A stretch of DNA of 64,000 nucleotides from Anaeromyxobacteraceae bacterium (GTDB lineage Bacteria > Myxococcota > Myxococcia > Myxococcales > Anaeromyxobacteraceae): positions 2,560,001 through 2,624,000 of the forward strand of contig JASGHJ010000002.1 in NCBI GenBank assembly GCA_047602405.1. Direction: 5' to 3'. The notes under the pieces are model-generated. The model ran no database searches. It was not told the origin of the DNA and was given only the letters and a program-made list of their open reading frames with translations. Positions 41,272 to 51,021 of the stretch are shown here, one piece after another (position 1 is the stretch's first letter; the number at the start of each line of letters is the position of its first letter). The translations under genes were made by a program, and so were the position numbers.

Positions 41272-41688
41272 ATGCGCCACGCCGGAAGCTGCCACTGCGG
41301 CAACCTCACCGTCGTCTTCGAGTCCGCCCGCGCGCCGGCTGAGGCCCCGCTCCGGACCTGCGGCTGCACCTTCTGCGCGCGGCACCGCCCGACGTACACG
41401 ACCGATCCTGCCGGACGCCTCGAGGTGCGCTGGCGCGATCCCGCGCACGTCACCCGCTACCGCTTCGGCCTCGCCACCGCGGACTTCCTCCTCTGTTCAC
41501 GCTGCGGCGTGTTCGTGGCCGCCGTGGGTGAGGTGGACGGCCGGCTGCTCGGCACGCTCAACGTGAACGTGCTCGAGGACCGCCCCGCGTTCACGCAGGC
41601 GCCGGTGCCGGTGAACTACGACGCCGAGGACGTCGAGGCGCGCCTCGCCAGGCGCGCACGGGCGTGGACGCCAGCGGTGGTGGGGTAG
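41272..41688 (+). CDS. GFA/CENP-V family zinc-binding protein
   Basis: GSCHCG, CGCTFC and LCSRCG motifs. Confidence 0.88.
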   Translation: MRHAGSCHCGNLTVVFESARAPAEAPLRTCGCTFCARHRPTYTTDPAGRLEVRWRDPAHVTRYRFGLATADFLLCSRCGVFVAAVGEVDGRLLGTLNVNVLEDRPAFTQAPVPVNYDAEDVEARLARRARAWTPAVVG

Positions 41689-42921
41689 CGCAGCGGGTCG
41701 CGGGGCGGGCGACCGCTGGGGCCAGGGTTCGGCCGGCTCCTTGGCGAGGAGCGGCGGAGGACCGGCGAGGGCGGTTTCGAGGTCCCTCTCCAGCCGCCGC
41801 TCCTTCCGCTCCCGCCGGCCGTCGTCGATGCACCGCCTCATGTGGGCGGTGCCATACCGCAGGTACGCGCGGTACTGGTTGTGCGTCCGGCACTTCGTGA
41901 CGAGGTCGTCCACCGTGGAAGACCCGGTCTCCTTGGCCGGGTTCAGATGATCCATCTCGAGCCGCTCCGTCTCCGGACACCGCTCGCCGTCCGGCGCGAG
42001 CTCGGTGCAGCGATGGCCGTCGCGCTCCAGTACGGCGCGCCGCACCGGGAGCGGGATCCGCTGCCGGAGCCCCGGGGTCGGGGCCTTCGCGGGTGCCGGC
42101 TTCCGCGCGCGACCCGGCTTGACGAAGCCGAGCCGCTTGCCGTGCTTCTCGAGCGAGTCGGCGAGCATCTGGTCGAAGACCTTCGTGAGGTCACCGGACG
42201 GGAACTTGTGAGAGAGGTAGCCCTTGAGCGTGTCGAGCCTTCCTTTCTGCTCGGCGTCGAGCTCGACCCGCCAGTGCCAGCGTCCCGCCGCGACCGGTTC
42301 GAGGGGGCTCCTCCGAGGAGCACGGAACGGAGCCGCGACGGGAAGCGCGAGCGAAGCCGGAGCCGTGCCCTCAGGACTGCGTGGCATCACCGGTGGCGCA
42401 ACTTCTGGGGCGTGCGCAGCCATCGCGGATGAGCCCGCAGACGTCTGCGCGACCTCCGGCGCCCCCACGACCTCGGTCAGCGACACCCCCGTGGGAGGCG
42501 CCTTCCGCAGCCCCGGCGCTGCCACGTCCCTCGGCCGGATCGAGACGACGAGCTCCTCCGTCTTCCGCTTCGTGAGGTGGGTCGCCTTTCGGATGAGCTC
42601 GCTCACGTTGTCGTCGGCGATGACCGCGGCCAGGATCCCGAGCTGGGTTGCGTTCACGAGCCTCGCCTCCAGCGCGTCCGCGACCTGCGGATATCGCCGG
42701 AGCAGCCTCATGGCCGTGATGCGCCGGAACGCCGTCCCCTCGGCGAAGTGAAGCCTGCGGACGAGGTACTCGAAGAGCGAGGGGCAGTTGAACACCGCGT
42801 ACCCCATCGCCCGGTCGAACCCGTCGAGCCGCCGCAGGAAGACGACGAGGCCATTCCCTTCCTTGCTGGCCAGGGCCTGGAGCTCCGCGTCGATGGACTG
42901 GATGGTCTCGAGCTGCATCAT
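41497..42921 (-). CDS. HNH endonuclease signature protein (DUF222-like N-terminus)
   Basis: SLFEYLV..L.F.EG.AFRRI, IPLPVRRAVLERDGHRC...RC...LEMDH...CRTHN. The 3' tail overlaps the GFA gene. Confidence 0.8.
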   Translation of the reverse strand: MMQLETIQSIDAELQALASKEGNGLVVFLRRLDGFDRAMGYAVFNCPSLFEYLVRRLHFAEGTAFRRITAMRLLRRYPQVADALEARLVNATQLGILAAVIADDNVSELIRKATHLTKRKTEELVVSIRPRDVAAPGLRKAPPTGVSLTEVVGAPEVAQTSAGSSAMAAHAPEVAPPVMPRSPEGTAPASLALPVAAPFRAPRRSPLEPVAAGRWHWRVELDAEQKGRLDTLKGYLSHKFPSGDLTKVFDQMLADSLEKHGKRLGFVKPGRARKPAPAKAPTPGLRQRIPLPVRRAVLERDGHRCTELAPDGERCPETERLEMDHLNPAKETGSSTVDDLVTKCRTHNQYRAYLRYGTAHMRRCIDDGRRERKERRLERDLETALAGPPPLLAKEPAEPWPQRSPAPRPAALPHHRWRPRPCAPGEARLDVLGVVVHRHRRLRERGAVLEHVHVERAEQPAVHLTHGGHEHAAA

Positions 42922-42935
42922 GGCTCACCTCGCCG

Positions 42936-42952
42936 TCTGAACGCATGCGCAG
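42936..42952 (-). promoter_or_regulatory. Putative Myxococcus-type LexA box
   Basis: Minus strand CTGCGCATGCGTTCAGA matches CTRHAMRYBYGTTCAGS at 15/17 positions and overlaps the TAGACT -10 element. Confidence 0.6.
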
Positions 42953-43011
42953 TCTACACACGCGGGGTGACATTCGTGGACGCGGACCACCGCGGGTCCG
43001 ATGATGAGCGC

Positions 43012-43551
43012 ATGAGCGACTCCGCCGTGACGTTCGTCCCCGTGAACCTGGGCGCCGCCGAAGCCCCGGAGCGCGCTCGGGCGGTGCTCGCGTGGCTCGT
43101 GGAGTCGGGCGTGGTCGCCGCGGAGCCTTCGGCCTGCGCGCTCGGGGGCGAAGGGCACCCGCCCGGTCCCTGCGCGAGCGACGCGACGGGCGGTGAGCCG
43201 CCGGACGCGCTCGAGGTGAACGGAGTCGAGCTCGTCCTGGGCCGCACGGTGTTCGACGCCGGCGAGAACGGGCTCGAGCTCGCGTGCGGTGCCTGCGACG
43301 CCCGCTTCGAGCCGGACGAGGCGTGGTACGCCGCGGTGGGCCCCTGGGCTGAGGGTGACGACGGCGCGCGCTTCGCCTGCCCGTCCTGTGGCAAGGCCGC
43401 TCCGCTCGTCGACTGGACGGGCCCGTCGCCGTGGGCGTTCGGCCACCTCGGCGTCCGCTTCTGGAACTGGCCGCCGCTCTCGAAGGCGTTCGCGGAGGAG
43501 CTCTCCAGGCGGCTCGGCGGCCGGGTGGCCGTCGTGCGGACGCACGCGTAG
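43012..43551 (+). CDS. Hypothetical zinc-ribbon protein
   Basis: CGAC...CPSCG and WAFGHLGVRFWNWPPL motifs. Confidence 0.7.
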   Translation: MSDSAVTFVPVNLGAAEAPERARAVLAWLVESGVVAAEPSACALGGEGHPPGPCASDATGGEPPDALEVNGVELVLGRTVFDAGENGLELACGACDARFEPDEAWYAAVGPWAEGDDGARFACPSCGKAAPLVDWTGPSPWAFGHLGVRFWNWPPLSKAFAEELSRRLGGRVAVVRTHA

Positions 43552-43634
43552 AGCAGCGGGCCCATCATGAGCAGCGCGGGGCAGCCCCCTCGAGGACCGC
43601 CCCGCGTCGCCTCTTCCCTGCTCCCCTACGGCCT

Positions 43635-44081
43635 TTACCTGCTCCCCACCAGCGGCTTCGCGTCGGTCCTGGGCACGTGGCACGAGATGCACACCCACCG
43701 CGCCCCGGCGACGGTCTCGGCCTTCCGCCCGTCGTGGCGGAAGTCCACGTGGTGCGAGGCCGGGATCGGCGTCGGCTCGCCCTTCTTCTTCGGGCCGGGC
43801 GTGTCGTGGCAGGCGACGCAGGCGTTCGACTCGCGCGTGATGGGCAGCAGCTCGTCGATCCCGTGCGGGATGACCGGCGGGATCTCGGTCGAGAGCCGCT
43901 TCGGGAGCGGCTTCTCGCCGGGAGTGGAGTCCTCGGCCTTGTAGGCCGGCGGGGCCGGGATCTCGAAGACGCTCGTCTTCGAGAGGCCGAGCTTCGTGTC
44001 GGGGGTCCCCGGCCTCCCGGGGACCGGCGCGGCGAGGGCGAGGAGCGCGAGGGCGGCGAGCGGGGCGCGGAGCGTGGTCAT
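43635..44081 (-). CDS. napB: Periplasmic nitrate reductase diheme cytochrome c subunit
   Basis: Signal peptide, PPVIPH, two CxxCH motifs (CVACH, CISCH), SHH; downstream of napA. Confidence 0.9.
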   Translation of the reverse strand: MTTLRAPLAALALLALAAPVPGRPGTPDTKLGLSKTSVFEIPAPPAYKAEDSTPGEKPLPKRLSTEIPPVIPHGIDELLPITRESNACVACHDTPGPKKKGEPTPIPASHHVDFRHDGRKAETVAGARWVCISCHVPRTDAKPLVGSR

Positions 44082-44091
44082 GGTGGCCTCC

Positions 44092-46837
44092 TCAGACCTG
44101 CGTCGCGCGGGAGACCTTGACCGCGCACTTCTTGTAGTCGGTCTCCTTGGAGATGGGGCAGGTGGCGTCGAGCGTCACCTTGTTGATGAACACACCCTCG
44201 TCGAACCACGGCACGTACACGAGCCCGCGCGGCACGTGGTTGCGGCCGCCGACCGTCACGCGCGCCTGGATGCGCCCGCGCCGGGACTCGATCCACGCGA
44301 GCTCGCCGATCTTCAGGCCGCGGGCCTCCGCGTCCTTCGGGTGCATGAAGAGCAGCGCCTCCGGCACCGCCGCGTGCAGCTGCGGCACCCGGCGGGTCAT
44401 CGTGCCCGAGTGCCAGTGCTCGAGCACGCGGCCGGTGCAGAGCCAGAGATCGAACCTCGCGTCCGGAAGCTCCGGGGCCTCCTGCCAGGGGCGGAAGAAG
44501 ATTCTTGGCCCGGCCCGGGATGGCGACCGGGTCACCCGGCTTCGGGCCCGAGAGATCACCCTGCGGCAGCTTCTTCGCGAAGGGGCCGTAGAAGTCGTAG
44601 CCGGCGCCCTTCTTCGCGTACGGGTCGTGCTCGTCGTTGAAGCGCCAGCGCGTCTCCTTCCCGTCGACGACCGGCCAGCGCAGGCCGCGCACGTCGTCGC
44701 GGTGGTAGACGTCGAAGGGCGCGAGGTCGTGGCCGTGGCCGCGGCCGAACCTCGCGTACTCCTCGAAGAGCGCCTTCTCCGGGAACCAGGCGAGCTTGCC
44801 CGCCTGGACGGTCGCGTTCTTCTTCCCCTTCGCGACCGGGTCCGGCCAGCGCACCTTCGTGAGCTCCGGGGTCCCGAAGAGCACGTCGTAGAGCGTCGCG
44901 TCCGGCCCGTGTCCCGCGGCCTTCGCCGCCTCGAGGACCGACGGCAGCTTCCCCTTCTCGAAGCCGTCCGCCTCGAGCCCGGGCACCGCCTGCTCGCCCC
45001 AGACCTCGGAGAGCTTGAAGCGCTTCGAGAACTCGAGCATCTGCCACACGTCGGTGCGCGCCTCTCCCGGCGGATCGACGAGCTGCCGCCAGAGCTGCGT
45101 GCGCCGCTCCGAGTTCCCGTAGCCGCCCCACTTCTCGTAGATCATCGCCGACGGCAGGATCAGGTCGGCGACCTTGGCCGAGAGCGTCGGGTAGACGTCC
45201 GAGACCACGATGAAGTTGTCCATCTTCCGCGCCGCCTCGATCCAGTGGTTGGCGTTCGCGGTGGACTGGAACGGGTTCGTCACCTGGACCCAGAGCCAGC
45301 GGATCTTCCCGTCCTCGAGGTCGCGCATCATCTGGACGATGTGGCTGCCGACCTTGGGGTTGACGGTCCTCGCCGGCAGGCCCCACAGCTCCTCGGCGTG
45401 CTCGCGGTGCTTCGGGTCGTCGACCGTCATGTCGGCGGGGAGCCGGTGCGCGAAGGTGCCGACCTCGCGGGCGGTGCCGCACGCGGAGGGCTGGCCGGTG
45501 AGCGAGAACGCCCCGGCGCCGGGCCGCGCCTGCTTCCCGGTGAGCAGGTGCAGCATGTACGCCTGCTCGTTCACCCAGGTGCCGCGGGTGTGCTGGTTGA
45601 AGCCCATGGTCCAGAACGAGACCTGCTTGCGGGCCTTGTCGCAGTAGTCGTCGGCGAGCGCCTGGAGCTTCGCCTTGAACGCCTCGAGCGGCTCGTCGGG
45701 GTCGCCCTTCGCGAGCGGCGCGACGAAGTCGAGGGTGTAGGGCTCGAGCCCCTTCGCGAACTCCTCGAAGGAGACGAGCCAGTGCTTCTGCGGCGCGGCG
45801 GCGCCGTCCTGGGCGCGCTCGCGCGGCGCGTCCGGCGCGAGCCCGCGGGCGGCGGCCTCCTCCTTCGTGAGCACCACCGTGCGCTCGCGCAGGCGGGTGT
45901 CCTTCTCGGCGTCGAAGGCGGCCTTGTCGTCGCGGCGCATGCCGAAGCCGATCTCGGTCGGGCCCGCGGCGAAGGCGCAGTGTGCGTCGACGAAGGCCCG
46001 GTCCACCGCGCCGCGCTTCACGACCTCGCGGGCGAGGTAGTTCCAGATGGCGAGGTCCGCGTTCGGGCGGAAGACGATCTCGACGTCGCAGGCCTCGGAG
46101 GTCGCGTTCGCGTAGGTCGTGAGGTTGAAGATCTTGTAGGTGGGGCGGCGGAGCCGCTCGTCGACGATGCGCGCCCAGAGCATGGGGTGCATCTCGGCCA
46201 TGTTCGAGCCCCAGCACACGATCGAGTCGGTGAGCTCGATGTCGTCGTAGCAGCCGGAGGGCTCGTCGACGCCGAAGGTCTGCATGAAGGCCGCCACCGC
46301 GGAGGCCATGCAGTGCCGGGCGTTCGGGTCGAGGTTGTTGGAGCGCCAGCCCGCCTTCACGAGCTTCACCGCGGCGTAGCCCTCCATGATGGTGTACTGG
46401 CCGGACCCCATCACCGCGACGCCCGTCGGGCCGAGCGCCGAGTGGGCGCGGGTCCACTCGGCCTTCATCACGTCGAGGGCCTCCTGCCAGGACACCGGCT
46501 CGAAGTCGCCGTGCTTGTCGAACTTGCCGTTCCGCTTGCGCAGGAGCGGCTTCGTGAGCCGGTCCTCCGCGTACATGATCTGCGCGCAGGCGTAGCCCTT
46601 CGCGCAGAGGAGGCCGCGGTTCACCGGGCTGTCGGGATCGCCCTTCACCGCGACCACCCGGCCGTCCTTCGTCGCGATCTGGACGCCACAGCCGGTGCCG
46701 CAGAACCGGCAGACCCCCTTGTCCCAGGTCCAGCCCTTCGCCTCCGCCGGCAGGACCGGCAGCGGGATCCCCGCCGCGCCGACCACCGCCGTCGTGAACC
46801 CCGCCTCGAGGAACTCGCGCCGCGTGAGCTTCGCCAT
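44092..46837 (-). CDS. napA: Periplasmic nitrate reductase catalytic subunit (apparent +1 frameshift at ~44502)
   Basis: Tat signal [35 protein letters not shown]. The C-terminus [11 protein letters not shown]...DYKKCAV is in the second frame. 915 codons after repair. Confidence 0.93.
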
Positions 46838-46874
46838 GGTTGGTCTCCCGTTTCGCTGCGGTGCTGCCGGTGCG

Positions 46875-47276
46875 TCACCGGTCGTGCCGGACGTCCGCCA
46901 CGGTGGTGTCGTCGAGGAACGCCTCGTAAGCTTGCTTCACTCCGGTCCAGGCCGGGTGGGCCGCGCACGCGCCGCGCCCGCGACACACGGCCCCGGGCCG
47001 GAGGAGGCAGCCCGGCCGGGCGCGCGCCCCCTCGAGCGGGCGGACCACCTCGCCGAGGGCGATGCGCTCGGGGGGCCGGGCGAGCCGGTAGCCGCCGCCG
47101 GCGCCGCGGGTCGCCTTCACGATCCCTGCGCGGGCGAGCCGGCCGAGCACCTTCGCGAGGTAGTCGGGCGGCATCTTGAGCGCGCGCGCGAGCTCCCGGC
47201 CCTGCACCGCCTCGCCGCGGGCGGCGAGCACCGAGAGGGCCCGCAGCGCGTGCACGGTGGTGGTGGAGAGGAACAC
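46875..47276 (-). CDS. Rrf2 family transcriptional regulator with Fe-S Cys motif
   Basis: [14 protein letters not shown]...[16 protein letters not shown] and C-x7-C-x5-C-x2-H motifs. Confidence 0.9.
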   Translation of the reverse strand: MFLSTTTVHALRALSVLAARGEAVQGRELARALKMPPDYLAKVLGRLARAGIVKATRGAGGGYRLARPPERIALGEVVRPLEGARARPGCLLRPGAVCRGRGACAAHPAWTGVKQAYEAFLDDTTVADVRHDR

Positions 47277-47292
47277 GCCCGGGAGGCTAGGC

Positions 47293-47318
47293 CATTGTGG
47301 ACATCCGTGTCCACAATG
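47293..47318. promoter_or_regulatory. Perfect 11-4-11 palindrome, candidate Rrf2 operator
   Basis: CATTGTGGACA-TCCG-TGTCCACAATG, just upstream of the TAGCCT -10 of rrf2. Confidence 0.7.
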
Positions 47319-47385
47319 AATCGCACCCCATCATGCTGCCCCCTCCGGGCGAGGAGGCTCTCCCACGGCCCTGGCGCTTCGCGCT

Positions 47386-48795
47386 CTAGCGCGACGCGGC
47401 GCGGAGCTCCTCCCAGAGCCGCTCGACGTCCGGACGCTCGGTCCGGGCGGAGCCCACCGAAAGCCGCAGCGTCTGGCGGCCCTTGAGGACGCTCGGCGTC
47501 ACGTACGCGCGCCCGCCCGCGTTCACCTTCGCCGCGATGGCGAGGTTGTGCTCGGCGAGGTGCGCCTCCTCCGCGACGCCCGCCGGCACGTGCCGGACCA
47601 CCACCGTCTGGAACGGCACCGGCGCGAGCCGCTCCCAGCCCGGCGCGGCGTCCACCTCGGCGGCGAGCCACCGCGCGTGCTCGAGGTCGCGGCGCAGCCT
47701 CGCCTGCATGCCCTCCACGCCCTCGTCCACCAGGTGGAACCAGGCCTTCAGCGCCCGGAACCGCCGCCCGAGCGGGATGCCCCAGTCCCGGAAGTTGTTC
47801 ACGGCGCCGTCCTGCGCGGTGCGCAGGTAGGAGGGGTTCGTGCTCATCACGCGCACGAGGTGCTGCGGGTCGCGCACGTAGTAGGCGCTGAAGTCGAAGC
47901 CGATGCCCATCCACTTGTGCGGGTTGAAGACGAGCGAGTCCGCCCGCTCCACGCCCGCCCAGAGCGGCCGGCACTCCGGGAGCACCATCGCCGTGCCCGC
48001 GAGCGCCGCGTCCACGTGCAACCACGCCCCGTGGCGCGCCGCGACGTCCGCCACGGCCGCGATCGGGTCCACGGCGGTCGTGCCGGTGGTGCCGACGGTC
48101 GCGACGACCGCGGCCGGGCGCCAGCCGCGCGCGACGTCCTCGGCGATCGCGCGCTCGAGCGCGTCGACCCGGAGCGCGTGGGCCTCGTCGGTCGGCAGCA
48201 GGCGCAGGTGCGCCTTCCCGAAGCCCGCGAGGAGCGCCCCCTTCTCGACCGACGCGTGCGCCTGGTCGGAGGCGTAGACCGCGAGCGGCGGGCCGCCGGC
48301 GAGTCCGCCCGCGTTCTGCGCGAAGCCGCTCGCCCGCTCGCGCGCGCACAGGAGGGCGGTGAGGGTCGCCCCCGACGCGGTGTCCTGCACCACGCCCGTG
48401 AACGCCTCGGGCAGGCCGACCAGCTGCCGGAGCCAGGCCATCACCACCTCCTCCAGCTCGGTCGCGGCCGGGGAGGTCTGCCAGCTCATGCCCTGCGCGC
48501 CGAGCCCGGCCGCCACGAGGTCGCCGAGGATCGACGCGTAGCTCGTGTTGGACGGGAAGTAGGCGAAGAACCCCGGGTGGTTCCAGTGGGTGATGCCGGG
48601 CAGGACCGCCCGGTCGAGGAGCGGCAGCGCGGCCTCGAGGCCGCCGCCCTTCGCCGGCGGCGCGGCGGGGAAGGCCGCCCGCACCTCGCCGGGCTTCACC
48701 CGGCTCATCACGGGCAGGCGCGCCATGCCCTCGCGGTAGTCGGCCACCCAGTCGACGAGGGCGTGGCCGAGGCGGCGGAACGCTTCGTGGTCCAT
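47386..48795 (-). CDS. PLP-dependent aromatic-L-amino-acid decarboxylase family protein
   Basis: PGITHWNHP.FFAYFP, TSPAATELE, HVDAA, NPHKW and RRFRALK motifs. Confidence 0.92.
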   Translation of the reverse strand: MDHEAFRRLGHALVDWVADYREGMARLPVMSRVKPGEVRAAFPAAPPAKGGGLEAALPLLDRAVLPGITHWNHPGFFAYFPSNTSYASILGDLVAAGLGAQGMSWQTSPAATELEEVVMAWLRQLVGLPEAFTGVVQDTASGATLTALLCARERASGFAQNAGGLAGGPPLAVYASDQAHASVEKGALLAGFGKAHLRLLPTDEAHALRVDALERAIAEDVARGWRPAAVVATVGTTGTTAVDPIAAVADVAARHGAWLHVDAALAGTAMVLPECRPLWAGVERADSLVFNPHKWMGIGFDFSAYYVRDPQHLVRVMSTNPSYLRTAQDGAVNNFRDWGIPLGRRFRALKAWFHLVDEGVEGMQARLRRDLEHARWLAAEVDAAPGWERLAPVPFQTVVVRHVPAGVAEEAHLAEHNLAIAAKVNAGGRAYVTPSVLKGRQTLRLSVGSARTERPDVERLWEELRAASR

Positions 48796-48821
48796 GGCGC
48801 CGCAGTCTACAATCCGCCCCC

Positions 48822-49817
48822 GTGCACGTCCTCGTCATCGGCGGAAACCGCTTCGTGGGCTGGCTGCTCGGGTTCAGGCTCCTCGCCGGCGGGCACCGGC
48901 TGACCCTGCTCAACCGCGGGTCGCTCCCGGACCCGTTCGGCGACCGGGCGGAGCGGCTGGTGGGCGACCGGCGGCGCGACCTCGAGCGGCTCGTGGCCGG
49001 CCGCACGTTCGACGCGGTGGTCGACCTCGCCGCCTACACCGGCGAGGACGGCCGGCGTGCGGCCGAGGTGCTCCGGGGCCGGGTCGGCCACTACGTGATG
49101 ATCTCGACGGGGCAGGTCTACCTCGTGCGCGACGGCTGCCCGCGCCCGGCGGCCGAACGCGACTACGAGGGCCCGCTCCTCCCGCGCCCGGCGGAGCCGC
49201 ACGAGCTCGAGGAGTGGACGTACGGCGTGGACAAGCGCGCCTGCGAGGACGCCCTCGCCGAGGCGCACGCGCGCCATGGGTTCCCGGCGACGCGCCTCAG
49301 GCTGCCCATGGTGAACGGCGAGCGCGACTTCCACCGCCGCATGGAGGGCTACCTCTGGCGCCTCCTGGATGGCGGGCCGGTGATCCTCCCCGACGGCGGC
49401 ACGCACCCGGTGCGCCACGTCTACGGCGGCGAGGTGGCCCGCTTCATCGTCGAGCTCCTCCTGCGCGCCGACACGTACGGCCACGCGTACAACCTCGCCC
49501 AGCACGAGACGCCGACGCTCGCCGGGATGATCGGCCGCCTGCGGGACCTCCTCGGGTCGCGGAGCCCGCTCGTGCCGGTCGCCCGCGAGCGGCTCGTCGC
49601 CGCCGGGCTCCGGCCGGCGGCGGTGTCGCCCTTCAGCGGGACCTGGATGTCGTTCCTGGATCCGCGGCGCGTCGAGCACGAGCTCGGGTTCCGCCACGAG
49701 CCGCTCGAGCTCTACCTCGGCAAGATCGTGGCGGCCTTCCTCGCCCACCCGCCACCGGACCTGCCCCCCGCGCTCGCGGGCCGGGCGCTCGAGCTCGAGG
49801 TCGCGAGCCGCGCGTAG
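48822..49817 (+). CDS. NAD-dependent epimerase/dehydratase family protein
   Basis: VIGGNRFVG, LNRG, IST..VY and YGVDK motifs. Confidence 0.88.
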   Translation: MHVLVIGGNRFVGWLLGFRLLAGGHRLTLLNRGSLPDPFGDRAERLVGDRRRDLERLVAGRTFDAVVDLAAYTGEDGRRAAEVLRGRVGHYVMISTGQVYLVRDGCPRPAAERDYEGPLLPRPAEPHELEEWTYGVDKRACEDALAEAHARHGFPATRLRLPMVNGERDFHRRMEGYLWRLLDGGPVILPDGGTHPVRHVYGGEVARFIVELLLRADTYGHAYNLAQHETPTLAGMIGRLRDLLGSRSPLVPVARERLVAAGLRPAAVSPFSGTWMSFLDPRRVEHELGFRHEPLELYLGKIVAAFLAHPPPDLPPALAGRALELEVASRA

Positions 49818-50905
49818 AGCGCCTCGTGCTCGGCGACGAGCCGCTCGATCGACAGCGAGGCCTCCACGTACCGGCGCGCCGCGCGCCCCATCGCCCGCGC
49901 GCGGTCGGGGTCGCCCGCGAGCCGCACCAGCGCGCGGGCCATCGCGTCCGGCCTGCGCACGGGGACGACGAGCCCGCGCTCGCCGTGCTCGACGAGCTCC
50001 GGGTTCCCGCCGGCGCGCGTCACCACGAGGGGGAGCCCCGCCGCCATCTTCTCGATGATCGCGTTCGAGAGCCCCTCCCGCGCGGAGGCGAGCGCGCCGA
50101 TCGTCGCCCGGCGGAGCAGGGCCGGCACGTCGACGCGGCCGCCCAGGAAGTGCGCCGCGCCCGAGACCCCGAGCAGCGCCGCCCTGCGCTTGAGCTCCGG
50201 CTCGCGGGAGCCTTCCCCGACGAGCCAGGCCTCGAGATCCGGCCGCTCGCGCCGGGCGAGCGCGAGCGCCTCGAGGAAGTCCTCCTGCCGCTTCACCTCG
50301 TGCCGCATGTTCGCGACGAGGACCACGATGGGCGCGCCGGGCCGGCCCGGCAGCGGCCCCTCGGGTGGCGCCGCCGCGCGGGCGTCGAAGCGCGCGAGGT
50401 CGATCCCGTTGCGGATGACGGCGATGCGCCGGCGGGGGACGCCCTCGGCGACCACCGCGTCCCGGATGGCGTCGCAGTTCGCGACCGCGGCGTCGGCGGC
50501 ATGCGTCAGCGCCGCGAGCAGCACCCGCTGCGCGGGCCCCTGCAGGTGCCCGAGATCGAGCCGGCCGATGACCGAGCGCGCGCCGGCGAGCCGCGCCGCG
50601 GGGATGGCGACCGCCGCCGAGTAGAAGTCGTGGGCGTGGACGACCTCGGCCCGCTGTGCCCGGAACGCCGACGCGAGCGCGCGGACCTGGCGCAGGGCGG
50701 CCCGGCTCGCGAGCGACCCGCCGAGCGGGTGCCCGCTCGGCTCGACCCCGAGGGCCCGGAGCCGCGGGAGCAGCGTGCCCCGGACCTCCAGCGCGTGCAC
50801 CCCGAGCTGGTGCGCGCCCTGCAGCCCGCGAACGAGCTCGAGGAGCTGCACCTCGCCGCCCCCCACGTCGAACGAGTTGATGACCTCCGCGATCCTCAGC
50901 CTCAC
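49712..50905 (-). CDS. Glycosyltransferase family 4
   Basis: GTG start RIAEVINSFDVGGGE, IRNGID and EGLSNAIIE..A.GLP...GGNPE motifs. Confidence 0.85.
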   Translation of the reverse strand: MRLRIAEVINSFDVGGGEVQLLELVRGLQGAHQLGVHALEVRGTLLPRLRALGVEPSGHPLGGSLASRAALRQVRALASAFRAQRAEVVHAHDFYSAAVAIPAARLAGARSVIGRLDLGHLQGPAQRVLLAALTHAADAAVANCDAIRDAVVAEGVPRRRIAVIRNGIDLARFDARAAAPPEGPLPGRPGAPIVVLVANMRHEVKRQEDFLEALALARRERPDLEAWLVGEGSREPELKRRAALLGVSGAAHFLGGRVDVPALLRRATIGALASAREGLSNAIIEKMAAGLPLVVTRAGGNPELVEHGERGLVVPVRRPDAMARALVRLAGDPDRARAMGRAARRYVEASLSIERLVAEHEALYARLATSSSSARPASAGGRSGGGWARKAATILPR

Positions 50906-51021
50906 GTCCCTCCCCGCCCCCGAAAGCTCGCCCCGCACGCGCCGGCGCGCAGGGTCCCTTTCGGTGCCTGCCGCCGGGCGCGCGGCGTGGCGACCGTGTC
51001 GGCCGGAGCCCTTCCCGCCCC

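Noticed and set aside
44092..46837. napA and the other four frameshifted genes as true pseudogenes or programmed frameshifts
   Set aside because: Each has a single 1-bp indel, no other decay and no slippery heptamer. The shared GATC context points to sequencing error, although this is not proven.
49712..49817. Convergent 3' overlaps (GT4/epimerase 106 bp; HNH/GFA 192 bp at 41497-41688) as functional dual coding
   Set aside because: The overlapping tails are low-complexity extensions beyond the conserved domains, which is common when stop codons are scarce.
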